Below, piece after piece: positions 9,629 to 18,451 of a stretch of DNA of 64,000 nucleotides. The notes below the pieces were generated by a model. That model saw nothing but the letters and a program-made list of their open reading frames with translations. It ran no database searches and was not told the DNA's origin. The position numbers were made by a program, and so were the translations under genes. Origin of the DNA: a bacterium (GTDB taxonomy: Bacteria > UBA8248); contig OZ241996.1 of assembly GCA_965204535.1 (NCBI GenBank), positions 608,001-672,000 on the forward strand, in the 5' to 3' direction. The first letter of the stretch is position 1. Each line of letters starts with the position of its first letter.

Positions 9629-10519
9629 ATGAGTCCGATATCACCCGATGATCCCTATGAGAGAAAGCGCGTCCGCGTGCTGGGCGCGGAGATGGCGTAT
9701 ATCGAAGCCGGGGAGGGCGACCCCATCGTGCTCCTGCACGGCAACCCGGCCACCTCTTATCTCTGGCGGAACGTGAGCCCCCATCTGGAGGGCCTGGGGC
9801 GGTGCCTCGCGCCCGATTTGATGAACAGCGGGGCGTCGGAGGGCATCCCCGGCGGCGGCTTGCGCTACCGGGATCACATCCCCTACATGGACGCCTGGTT
9901 CGAGGCGGTGGGCGCGACGGAAAACGCCTTTTTCGTGCTCCACGACTGGGGGGCCGCGCTGGGCTTCAACCGCGTCTCCCGCTTCCCGGAGCAGGTGGTC
10001 GGCCTCGCCTATATGGAGTCCATGGTGCGCCCGCGCCTCTGGACGGACATGCCCGAGGACAGGGTCGCGCAGTTCCAGACGCTGCGCGGCGAGGCGGGTC
10101 TCGCCATGGTGATGGAGGATAATTTCTTCGTCGAGACCATGCTGTTCGAGCGCGGGATCGTGCGCGATCTGAGCGAGGCGGAAAAGGAGGCTTATCGCGC
10201 ACCCACCCGGGACCCCCAGAAAAGAAGGCAGACCCACCAGTGGGCGTGCGAGATTCCCTTCGAGGGTGAGCCTGCGGACAATTACGAGATCGTGAAGCGC
10301 TACAGCGATTATCTGCGCGGGAGCGGAAATCTCCCCAAACTCTTCATCAACTGCGAATTCGGCCACGCCCTGGCGGGGGCCGCGCGTGAATTCTGCCGAC
10401 AGTGGCCGAACCAGGAGGAGATAACGATTCCGACGCGCCACTACGGGCAGGAGGACTGCCCCGATGAGATCGGAGAGGCCGTGGCGGGGTTTATCCGCAA
10501 GGTGCGGGGGTGTAATTGA
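9629..10519 (+). CDS. Haloalkane dehalogenase
   Basis: LLHGNPATSYLWR, nucleophile HDWG, terminal HYGQED. Confidence 0.9.
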   Translation: MSPISPDDPYERKRVRVLGAEMAYIEAGEGDPIVLLHGNPATSYLWRNVSPHLEGLGRCLAPDLMNSGASEGIPGGGLRYRDHIPYMDAWFEAVGATENAFFVLHDWGAALGFNRVSRFPEQVVGLAYMESMVRPRLWTDMPEDRVAQFQTLRGEAGLAMVMEDNFFVETMLFERGIVRDLSEAEKEAYRAPTRDPQKRRQTHQWACEIPFEGEPADNYEIVKRYSDYLRGSGNLPKLFINCEFGHALAGAAREFCRQWPNQEEITIPTRHYGQEDCPDEIGEAVAGFIRKVRGCN

Positions 10520-10549
10520 GTGTGTCACGGTTACAGGAGAGTCTGATAG

Positions 10550-10843
10550 ATGACCAAGAACACCAAGGTTACTGATGCGAAAATAATGTATGCCGTGCTT
10601 GTCATGCTAAATAGCAGAGGACCTCTCAGCGGGAGTGAAATAAAAGAGCACGTGTTGGAGGCGCTTATAACACGCACCGATTATAAAAAGTCAGGATATT
10701 TGAAAAGTAAAAAACAAGTTGGAACCCAAGAACATATTTGGGAAATCACTGATAAAGGGGTTGAAGCACTTAAAATGGCCGATATTGATTTATATGAACA
10801 AGCGCGCTTGGAAAGCAAGGCGCAATATGATGCCAAGGAGTAA
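10550..10843 (+). CDS. AT-rich small winged-helix-like protein (Mrr N-terminal-like)
   Basis: RBS GGAGAG; WEITDKG motif; low GC relative to flanks. Confidence 0.5.
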   Translation: MTKNTKVTDAKIMYAVLVMLNSRGPLSGSEIKEHVLEALITRTDYKKSGYLKSKKQVGTQEHIWEITDKGVEALKMADIDLYEQARLESKAQYDAKE

Positions 10844-10846
10844 ATT

Positions 10847-11227
10847 ATGCCTATCTACAGATTCGAGAACCTGAAGGACGTTCAGCAGAACCCCGGCCTC
10901 TCCTCGGGCCACGGGGAGAGCATCAAGGGGGAGCGGATGTATTTCTGCCACCGCATCTGGGAGGCGGGCACGGAGGCGAAGCCGCACTACCACGCCTGCG
11001 AGCAGTTCATCTACATCATGCGCGGCAGGCAGAAGTTCACGATGGGCGGCGAGGAGTACGAACTGGGGCCGGGCGACGTCATCCACATTCCGGCGAACGA
11101 GGTACACGCGGCGGAGATGATCGAAGAAGTCGAGGCCATCTACGTCAAGGACACCACCTGGAGCCTGAAAGGCGTGGCCGCCGGCGAGGCCGCCCCCGAC
11201 GCGCCGCCGCCTGATGATCCGTTTTAA
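10847..11227 (+). CDS. Cupin domain protein
   Basis: PHYHACEQ and GDVIHIPANEVH. Confidence 0.9.
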   Translation: MPIYRFENLKDVQQNPGLSSGHGESIKGERMYFCHRIWEAGTEAKPHYHACEQFIYIMRGRQKFTMGGEEYELGPGDVIHIPANEVHAAEMIEEVEAIYVKDTTWSLKGVAAGEAAPDAPPPDDPF

Positions 11228-11254
11228 GGGGGAGTGATAAGAGGCGAGATAGTG

Positions 11255-11539
11255 TCAGGCATCTTGGGCCAGGAACTTCGCTCCTGGAATGACTTCCTCG
11301 ATGGATTTGCCGGTGAGTTCCAGGTAGAGGGCGTCCGCGCAAAGCTCAGCGTCCTCATCCTAGGCGATGGCCCTGTGGGGAGCAATGCGGACTTCCTCGA
11401 AACAGCCCGGTTTGCTCCAGGCTTTGAATGCGCCGCGTCCGACGAGACCGGAGAGGTCGATCTCGCCTTCCAGGCCATCGGAATAGCGAATCCAAATCCA
11501 GTTTCCGGGACGAGGTTCCACGCAAACAGGTTGAATCAT
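11255..11539 (-). pseudogene. DUF2442-family protein with internal TAG
   Basis: GGAGGAG RBS; MIQPVCVEPRPGNWIWIRYSDGLEGEIDLS...HRAIA*DEDAELCADALY; TAG (11360-11362) sits where the family has Trp. Confidence 0.7.
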
Positions 11540-11830
11540 CGCTGCTCCTCCGTGTTTTCTTATGGAACATGCGCTGCAGAATCAGGACCTGCGTTTCCTT
11601 ATTCGATATCGTATTCGAGAAGAAGACAGTCCTCAAGTCCGTTGAACGCGGTCGCATTCCGGTGAAGTCTGTCAACAAGGCGCAGCCGCGCCCGACGCGC
11701 CCCCACCCGATGATCCGTTTTAAGGGATCGAACACGATTGATGAATGAGTGTTCGACGCAACTGATAAAGGAGCGATTGCTTGATGCGGGAGAACATGCA
11801 GGTTTTCCCCTACGAAACCATTCGTCTTCC

Positions 11831-12110
11831 GTAGGGGCGGACCCGCGTGTCCGCCCGGTTTTCGTTTTTAGTCGTCATTCCGGCGCATGCCGGAATCCAG
11901 AACCGATGAAATAGATATCCGGCGGCATTCCATTGTCTCCATAATTCGCGGGGAATACCGGTAAAAACCAAAGGCGAAAAACAAATTCCCTGGATTCCGG
12001 CATACGCCGGAATGACGGCGTTGTGGACTGATCCCGACGGACGCGAGAGGGTGAATGTGAATCGTTTTCGTAGGGGCCGTTCGCGAACGGCCCCTACAGG
12101 TCGCGACCTG
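11831..12110. repeat. REP cluster: GTAG-type hairpins plus CGTCATTCCGGC...GCCGGAATGACG doublet (11873-12017)
   Basis: Inverted repeats seen directly; same doublet ends at 39477-39620 and 44247-44392. Confidence 0.85.
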
Positions 12111-12148
12111 TGGGGCAGTCCCGAGCAGGAACTGCCACTACAGACGTT

Positions 12149-12565
12149 CTACACCTTCCCGTAGAGTTCCTCCGCCTTGGCGTCGAGGTGCCTGATGATG
12201 TCCTGAAGATCGTCGGGGTAGTGGTGATCGGCCCCCAGGTCGGGGTCTTCGGCGGGTGACTTCGCCACGAACATCACAGCCTTTTCCGTCAGCGTCCTGC
12301 CGCCGTGGAGCGTTCCCCGGGGGATGTGAACGATGTCGCCGGGGCCGATGATGCGCTCCTCATCGCCGAGGCGCATGTAGCGCTTGCCCTCGATGATGTA
12401 GATGTATTGCTCCTCGTTGTTGTGCCAGTGAGGCTTGGAACCCGTGCCCTTACGGTAGGTGACGACGCCCGCCTTCATGAATTCCCCGGCGAGGGGCTTG
12501 TACTCGCCCGGGTTTCCCGTGCGGAGTTGTACGTTCTCGATGGTCTCGGTGCTGTAAAAAGGCAT
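12149..12565 (-). CDS. Cupin domain protein
   Basis: PHWHNNEEQ and GDIVHIPRGTLH. Confidence 0.9.
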   Translation of the reverse strand: MPFYSTETIENVQLRTGNPGEYKPLAGEFMKAGVVTYRKGTGSKPHWHNNEEQYIYIIEGKRYMRLGDEERIIGPGDIVHIPRGTLHGGRTLTEKAVMFVAKSPAEDPDLGADHHYPDDLQDIIRHLDAKAEELYGKV

Positions 12566-12719
12566 TTCATGCTCCCCTGCGGTAGTGTGCCTGAAAGAGA
12601 ATGGCTCAAAAGAACCTGCGAATCATAACCCGATTCCAGGAATGGTATCATCTCGCGTATACTCCACCCATCTGAGACAAAGGTTTGGTTCAAAATTCCG
12701 GTATCAGGAGGAGAGGCGC

Positions 12720-13898
12720 ATGGTCGTCAAAGCGGTACGCAAGGTTCCGTGGTTCACCTACTTTCCCGATAACTATCGCTGGTCGTTCATCACCTCGATG
12801 GGCCTGATGCGCGTGGCGGGCGGCGGGGCGGATACGTCGGAGATTTTCGAGGTCTGCAGGAATCTCGATAAAGACGTCGGCAACGACGAACTCTGGTTCG
12901 ATGAGTGGAAGCGCATGGGCGACCGCATACGCGCGATGGGCGTGGCGGCGCAGCGCCGCGGCAAAAACCTGACGGCGGCGGGCCATTTCTGCCGCTCCGC
13001 CACCTATCACCAGATGGCCGATCGCTTCCGCTTCCCGAAGGACAGGGAATCGCAGGGCGTCTACCGCAAATCCATCGACAGCTTCAAGCGCTACGTCCGC
13101 CTGAACGACAGTCCGAAGGCGGAACTCGTCGAGATTCCCTACGAGGGGGGCAAGTCGCTGCCCGGCTATTTCGTCCACGCCCAGAACACGCGCAAATCGA
13201 GACCCCCCGTGGTCGTGCTCTATTCGGGTTTCGACGGCACCAAGGAATCGCCCATGATCATCTCGGCCGGCGCACTCGCCCGGCGCGGCATGAGCGTGGT
13301 GGTGGTCGACAGCCCGGGCGTGGGCGAGGCCATCCGCTTCCGCAAGATATATCTCAGGCACGACTACGAGGTGGCGGGCTCGGCCGTTCTCGACTGGCTG
13401 GAGAAGCGAAAGGACGTGAACGCGAAGCGCGCCGGCATCATGGCGTCGAGCCTGGGGGGATACTACGCGCCCAGGACCGCCAGCATGGAGCGCCGCTTCA
13501 AGGCCTGTCTCGCCCACGGCGCGATCTGGGACTACCACGCGATATGGAAAAGGCGCATCGAGGCGGCGTTCAGGATTCAGCTTCCCTCGCCGGGGAACCA
13601 CCTGGCGTGGAGCTTCAACGTCAAGACGGCGGAGGAGGGCTTGGAGAAACTCGAAGGCTTCCGCCTCGACGGCGTCGTGCAGCGGATGAAGTGCCCCTTC
13701 CTGCTGGTGCACGGGGAAGACGATCAGCAAATACCGCTGGCGGATGCGAAATCGCTCTACAAGGCGGCGGGCTCGAAGGATAAGACGCTTCGCGTTTACA
13801 AGGGCACCGACGGCGGTTCCCAGCATTGCCACATGGACTACATCGCGCCCGTCGTCGGCTACATGGCGGACTGGATGGCCGAAAAACTGGGCGCGTAG
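12720..13898 (+). CDS. Alpha/beta hydrolase, FrsA / 2,6-dihydroxypseudooxynicotine hydrolase-like
   Basis: GFDGTKE, SSLGGYYA nucleophile elbow, QHCH; RBS GGAGGAG. Confidence 0.8.
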   Translation: MVVKAVRKVPWFTYFPDNYRWSFITSMGLMRVAGGGADTSEIFEVCRNLDKDVGNDELWFDEWKRMGDRIRAMGVAAQRRGKNLTAAGHFCRSATYHQMADRFRFPKDRESQGVYRKSIDSFKRYVRLNDSPKAELVEIPYEGGKSLPGYFVHAQNTRKSRPPVVVLYSGFDGTKESPMIISAGALARRGMSVVVVDSPGVGEAIRFRKIYLRHDYEVAGSAVLDWLEKRKDVNAKRAGIMASSLGGYYAPRTASMERRFKACLAHGAIWDYHAIWKRRIEAAFRIQLPSPGNHLAWSFNVKTAEEGLEKLEGFRLDGVVQRMKCPFLLVHGEDDQQIPLADAKSLYKAAGSKDKTLRVYKGTDGGSQHCHMDYIAPVVGYMADWMAEKLGA

Positions 13899-13917
13899 GG
13901 CCAGATAGGAGTTTCAG

Positions 13918-14742
13918 GTGGCGACGCTGGAAGTCGAGAGCCGGGGAAAGCTCGATATATATTACGAGGAAGAGGGCGCCGGCGAGCCTTTGGTGATGGT
14001 GGGCGGCCTGACGGCCACGGTGGAGGTCTGGGGCAAGCTGCGGGGGCTTCTCGCGGCGGATTACCGCCTCATCATGCCGGACAACCGGGGGACGGGCAGA
14101 ACGAAGGCGCATCATGACGACGGCGACCGCGCCCCTTCACGCATGGCGGAAGACCTGCTGGGGCTGGTCGACGGCTTGGGCCTCGATTCGTTTCACCTGA
14201 TGGGCGGCTCCTACGGCGGGACGATTGCGCTCTCGTTCGCGGTGAAACATCCCCAAAGACTCAAGAGCTTGGTCGTCGCGTGCTCTCACTTCGGGGGAGC
14301 GGATAAAATCGCGGCGGCCCCGGGCGTCCGGGAGACGCGCGCGCGGGGCGGCGCGCCCGATGCGACGGAAGAGGAGCGCCGGGCGGCGCTGGAGACGCTC
14401 TTCCATCCCGAGACGATAGACGAACGCCCAGAGGTGGTCGCCTTTTATGACGGCTTCAAGCGCCGCTTTCCCATCAGCAAAGAGGAGATCGAGCGGCGCA
14501 ACGAGGGGATGGCGGCGTTCGACGTTTCAGAAGAAGTGAGGACTTTGGGCGTGCCCACGCTCGTCATCTCGGGCGAGGCGGACGTTCTCGTGCCGACCGA
14601 GAATTCAAGGCTGATGGCCGGGCGGATTCCGGGTGCCGAGCTGGTCATCGTCGAGAACACGGGCCATCATTTCTATTCCGAACGCCCCGAAGCCGCCGCT
14701 GCGGCGATTCTGGGGTTTTTGAAGAGGCGCAGGTCCCCATGA
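13918..14742 (+). CDS. Alpha/beta fold hydrolase
   Basis: DNRGTG, GGSYGG, GHH. Confidence 0.88.
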   Translation: MATLEVESRGKLDIYYEEEGAGEPLVMVGGLTATVEVWGKLRGLLAADYRLIMPDNRGTGRTKAHHDDGDRAPSRMAEDLLGLVDGLGLDSFHLMGGSYGGTIALSFAVKHPQRLKSLVVACSHFGGADKIAAAPGVRETRARGGAPDATEEERRAALETLFHPETIDERPEVVAFYDGFKRRFPISKEEIERRNEGMAAFDVSEEVRTLGVPTLVISGEADVLVPTENSRLMAGRIPGAELVIVENTGHHFYSERPEAAAAAILGFLKRRRSP

Positions 14743-15566
14743 ACATCCCCGCTTTCGAGACGCTGCTGTTCGAGGTGCGCGGGAACGTCGCGCTCGTGAG
14801 CCTGAACCGCCCCGAGCGGCTGAACGCCATGAACCGCGCCATGCTGCGCGAGTTGAACGAGGCGTGCGATTTCATCGAAGCGGAAGATTCCATATACGTT
14901 GCCGTTCTCACCGGGGAGGGCAAGTCGTTTTCCTCAGGCTTCGATCTCAAGGAACAGGCGGAGAACACGCCCATAGGCTTCGCGGAATGGAGGCGCGCGC
15001 TCCGGCAGGATTTCGACGCCGTCATGCGCTTCTGGAATCTCACCAAACCCACTATCGCCGCCGTTCGGGGACACGCCCTGGCGGGAGGGTGTGAGCTTGC
15101 CCTGGCGTGCGACATCACCGTGGCGGCGGAAGACGCCGTTTTCGGCGAGCCGGAGCTCAAGTTCGGCGCGGGGATCGTCGTCATGCTCCTGCCCTGGCTC
15201 ACGAACCCCAAGCTGGCGAAGGAGATCATCCTGACGGGGGAGGACGGGGTCTCTGCCCAGGACGCCCACCGGATGGGTCTCGTGAACCGCGTGGTTCCCG
15301 AAGCCGATGTGCTCGATACCTCCATCTCTCTGGCCGAGAAAATGACGCCGATGGACCAGAGCCTGCTGCGCGCGACCAAGCTGGCGATGAACCGCGCGTA
15401 CGAGATCATGGGGATGGGCCGCGCGTTAGAGGCCGCGCTCGACCTGGACCTCATGATCGAAGGCAGGGGAACGGAGGACAAGGCCTGCTTTCTCGAGATT
15501 GCGCGTACCGAGGGCCTTCGCGCCGCCGTCGCCTGGCGCGACGCCAGGTTTGAGGATAAAGGGTGA
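14739..15566 (+). CDS. Enoyl-CoA hydratase/isomerase family protein
   Basis: LNRPERLNAM, FSSGFDL, AGGCELALACD, GEPE. Confidence 0.92.
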   Translation: MNIPAFETLLFEVRGNVALVSLNRPERLNAMNRAMLRELNEACDFIEAEDSIYVAVLTGEGKSFSSGFDLKEQAENTPIGFAEWRRALRQDFDAVMRFWNLTKPTIAAVRGHALAGGCELALACDITVAAEDAVFGEPELKFGAGIVVMLLPWLTNPKLAKEIILTGEDGVSAQDAHRMGLVNRVVPEADVLDTSISLAEKMTPMDQSLLRATKLAMNRAYEIMGMGRALEAALDLDLMIEGRGTEDKACFLEIARTEGLRAAVAWRDARFEDKG

Positions 15567-15962
15567 AAAATTCCGCCGAAATATTGGTTCGCCTATGAAG
15601 TGCGGCTCATGTCGCACGCTCCCCGACTGAGGAGTCATCGCAGGCACAAAAAAGCCACCAAGGTCCGCGTCATCAAAAACGTCATTGAGAGAGGCGTGGT
15701 GGCTATCTTGAATTTAACATACGCAACACGTCTCTCCGTGTCAAGGGAAAAACGGGATCGGGATGCGCGGTCGTTTGATTCCGCCCTCTAGTTGCCTTCG
15801 TTACTAAGATAATATCGATCGGGTCCGATTCGATCAGACTGATTCGGCTACCACGCGCGGCTGAAATGTGGAATCATACCGGACGTTCTCTCGCAAACGT
15901 CACCGCGAGTGAGACGATTTTTCACTTTGCTTTTATTTTATTCCCAAGGAGGAAGTTCACAG

Positions 15963-16517
15963 ATGCACCCACTCATCAAGAACAGAAGAAGTCTGCGCGC
16001 CTTCAACGGCGTACCGCCCGAGGCCGAGAAGCTCGAAGCCATGCTCGAGGCGTTCCGCTGGGCGCCGTCATCGAACAACCGCCAGCCCTGGCGCGTCATC
16101 GTGGTGGAATCGGAATCAGCGCAGGCGAAGTTCGACGAATGCCTGAACGAGGGGAACCGCCAGTGGGCGGCCGCGGCCCCGCTCAAGATGATTGTTCTCG
16201 GAAACCCGGAAGAACAGCCCGAGCGTTTCGGGCAGCAACGCTATCTGCTCGACGTCGGCATGGCGCTCGAGAATCTCCTGCTCCAGGGCAGTGATTTCGG
16301 GCTGACCGTTCACGCCATGGCGGGGTGGGACGAGCAGAAAGTGCTGGAGGGTTTCGGCATTCCCGAGCCGTTTCGCGTTGCGGCGCTCTTCGCCGTGGGG
16401 TATCCGGGCAAGACCGAAGATCTGCACCCCGATGTGCAGGCGAAGGACAACAAGCCGCCCGCGCGCAAAGACCCCGCCGAGATTTTCTTCCGGGATTCGT
16501 TCGGCCAGGCACGATAG
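15963..16517 (+). CDS. Nitroreductase family protein
   Basis: RRSLRAF, WAPSSNNRQPW. Confidence 0.9.
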   Translation: MHPLIKNRRSLRAFNGVPPEAEKLEAMLEAFRWAPSSNNRQPWRVIVVESESAQAKFDECLNEGNRQWAAAAPLKMIVLGNPEEQPERFGQQRYLLDVGMALENLLLQGSDFGLTVHAMAGWDEQKVLEGFGIPEPFRVAALFAVGYPGKTEDLHPDVQAKDNKPPARKDPAEIFFRDSFGQAR

Positions 16518-16703
16518 CCAAGGGGCCGGTTTTTCACGGCGCGTTTCGCGTTTGACCCTCCCGCCCCAAGCCCCTAGAATCCGGCGAGCTTGCGAGTGGA
16601 ACTCCCGCCACCGGAAGTTTCCGGGGTCAACGCCCGGTTTGTGAATGTCAGGGGTTCATGCCGCTCGTTCATTGTCGCCTCTCATACGGGGTAAGGGACT
16701 GCC

Positions 16704-17375
16704 TTGTTCTCCTCGGATTTCATTCAGCAGTTGCTGATCGCGATACCGGCCATTCTGCTGGCGCTCACCTTTCACGAGGTGGCGCACGGCTGGATGGCCG
16801 AGAAGCTGGGCGACAACACCGCGCGCATGCTGGGGCGTATCAATCTTAACCCCATCGTCCATCTCGACTTAATGGGGACGATCGCCTTCGTCATCTCCAT
16901 GGTGGGGGGCGTGGGTTTTGGCTGGGCGAAGCCGGTGCCGGTGGATCCGCGCAATTTCCGTCATCCCAGGCGGGGGATGATGTGGGTGGCCCTCGCCGGG
17001 CCGGCGACGAATTTCATCCTGGCCATCATCAGCGGTTTTTTGTTTTCCCTGCTGCGCGGCTCGGGCCTGGGCTTCACCTTCGTGGGCGAGCCGCTCATGT
17101 TGATGCTGCGGGCGAGTTTCACCATCAACACCGCACTCGCGGCGTTCAACCTGATTCCCATCCTCCCCTTCGACGGGGGGAGGATCGTCATGGGGCTTTT
17201 GCCGAGAAGGCTGGCGTGGCAGTACTCTCGCAGCGAGCCGTTCGGGTTCTTCATCGTGCTGGGCCTGTTGCTGCTGGGCGCGCTGCACACGATCATGATG
17301 CCGATTTTCGTCGCTCTGGCTACGGCCGAGCAGGTTTTTGTGCTAAATCTTCTCAGAATCTTCGGTTTGGCGTAG
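16704..17375 (+). CDS. Site-2 protease family (M50) membrane metalloprotease
   Basis: HEVAH and FNLIPILPFDG. Confidence 0.92.
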   Translation: MFSSDFIQQLLIAIPAILLALTFHEVAHGWMAEKLGDNTARMLGRINLNPIVHLDLMGTIAFVISMVGGVGFGWAKPVPVDPRNFRHPRRGMMWVALAGPATNFILAIISGFLFSLLRGSGLGFTFVGEPLMLMLRASFTINTALAAFNLIPILPFDGGRIVMGLLPRRLAWQYSRSEPFGFFIVLGLLLLGALHTIMMPIFVALATAEQVFVLNLLRIFGLA

Positions 17376-17412
17376 CGGGTTTCTCGCAGGCGCGCGGATA
17401 AAGGACACTCGG

Positions 17413-18435
17413 ATGACGGACAGCCAAAACGAGAAAAACCGGCCGACGCGGTTTCTCTCCGGCGTGCAGCCCTCGGGAAAACTGCACCTGGGCAACTATT
17501 TCGGCGCGCTCAAACAGCACATCGCGCTCCAGGACGAGGCCGAGGCCTTCTACTTCATCGCGAACTACCACGCCATGACGACGGTGCAGGACAGGGACTT
17601 GCTGGCGGAGCAGACGCTTGCCGTGGCGATGGACTACCTCGCATTGGGCCTGGACCCCGAAAAGGCGGTTTTCTTCCGCCAGTCCGACGTGCCCGAGGTG
17701 AACGAACTCGCCTGGATGCTCTCCGCCGTCACGGGCAAGGGGCTGCTCGATCGCGCCACGTCGTTCAAGGACAAGGTGGCGCGGGGCATCACGCCCTCGA
17801 TGGGGCTTTACTATTACCCGATGCTCATGGCCGCCGACATCCTCATCTACCGCTCCACGGTCGTTCCGGTGGGAGAAGACCAGGTGCAGCATCTCGAGAT
17901 GACGCGGGACATGGCCCTGGCGTTCAACAACACATATGGGGAAATCTTCCCCCTGCCCACTGTCCGGCTCGACGCAGGCGCGAAGGTGCCGGGCGTCGAC
18001 GGCCAGAAGATGAGCAAGAGCTATGACAACACCATCGAGATTTTCGAGGAGGGGAAAAAACTCAGGAAGCGCGTGATGTCGATCGTCACCGACTCCATCC
18101 CGCTCGAAGAACCCAAGGACCCCGACGCCTGCAACGTGTTCGCCCTGTATCAACTCTTCTCCGATGAGGCGGAACAGGAGGAGCTCAGGGAGAAATACCG
18201 GACGCCCGGGTTCGGCTACGGCAACGCGAAGCAGATTCTCTTCGAGAAGCTGGATGCGTATTTCGCGCCTTACCGGGAAGAGAGGAAACGCCTGGAAGGG
18301 GATATCGGCTATGTGGAGGACGTTCTGGCCGAAGGCGGCGCCAGGGCCAGGGCGGAGGCGCAAAAGACGATGCGCCTCGTGAGGGAGGCGGCGGGAATAC
18401 CCGGGATGCCCGTATCGGCTGTCGAAACGACATAA
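17413..18435 (+). CDS. trpS: Tryptophan--tRNA ligase
   Basis: [26 protein letters not shown]. Confidence 0.97.
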   Translation: MTDSQNEKNRPTRFLSGVQPSGKLHLGNYFGALKQHIALQDEAEAFYFIANYHAMTTVQDRDLLAEQTLAVAMDYLALGLDPEKAVFFRQSDVPEVNELAWMLSAVTGKGLLDRATSFKDKVARGITPSMGLYYYPMLMAADILIYRSTVVPVGEDQVQHLEMTRDMALAFNNTYGEIFPLPTVRLDAGAKVPGVDGQKMSKSYDNTIEIFEEGKKLRKRVMSIVTDSIPLEEPKDPDACNVFALYQLFSDEAEQEELREKYRTPGFGYGNAKQILFEKLDAYFAPYREERKRLEGDIGYVEDVLAEGGARARAEAQKTMRLVREAAGIPGMPVSAVETT

Positions 18436-18451
18436 AGGACTGGATGGGAGA

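Noticed and set aside
11360-11362. Pyrrolysine or other TAG recoding in the DUF2442 gene
   Set aside because: TAG is at a conserved Trp (single TGG>TAG change); simple nonsense mutation or sequencing error is more likely
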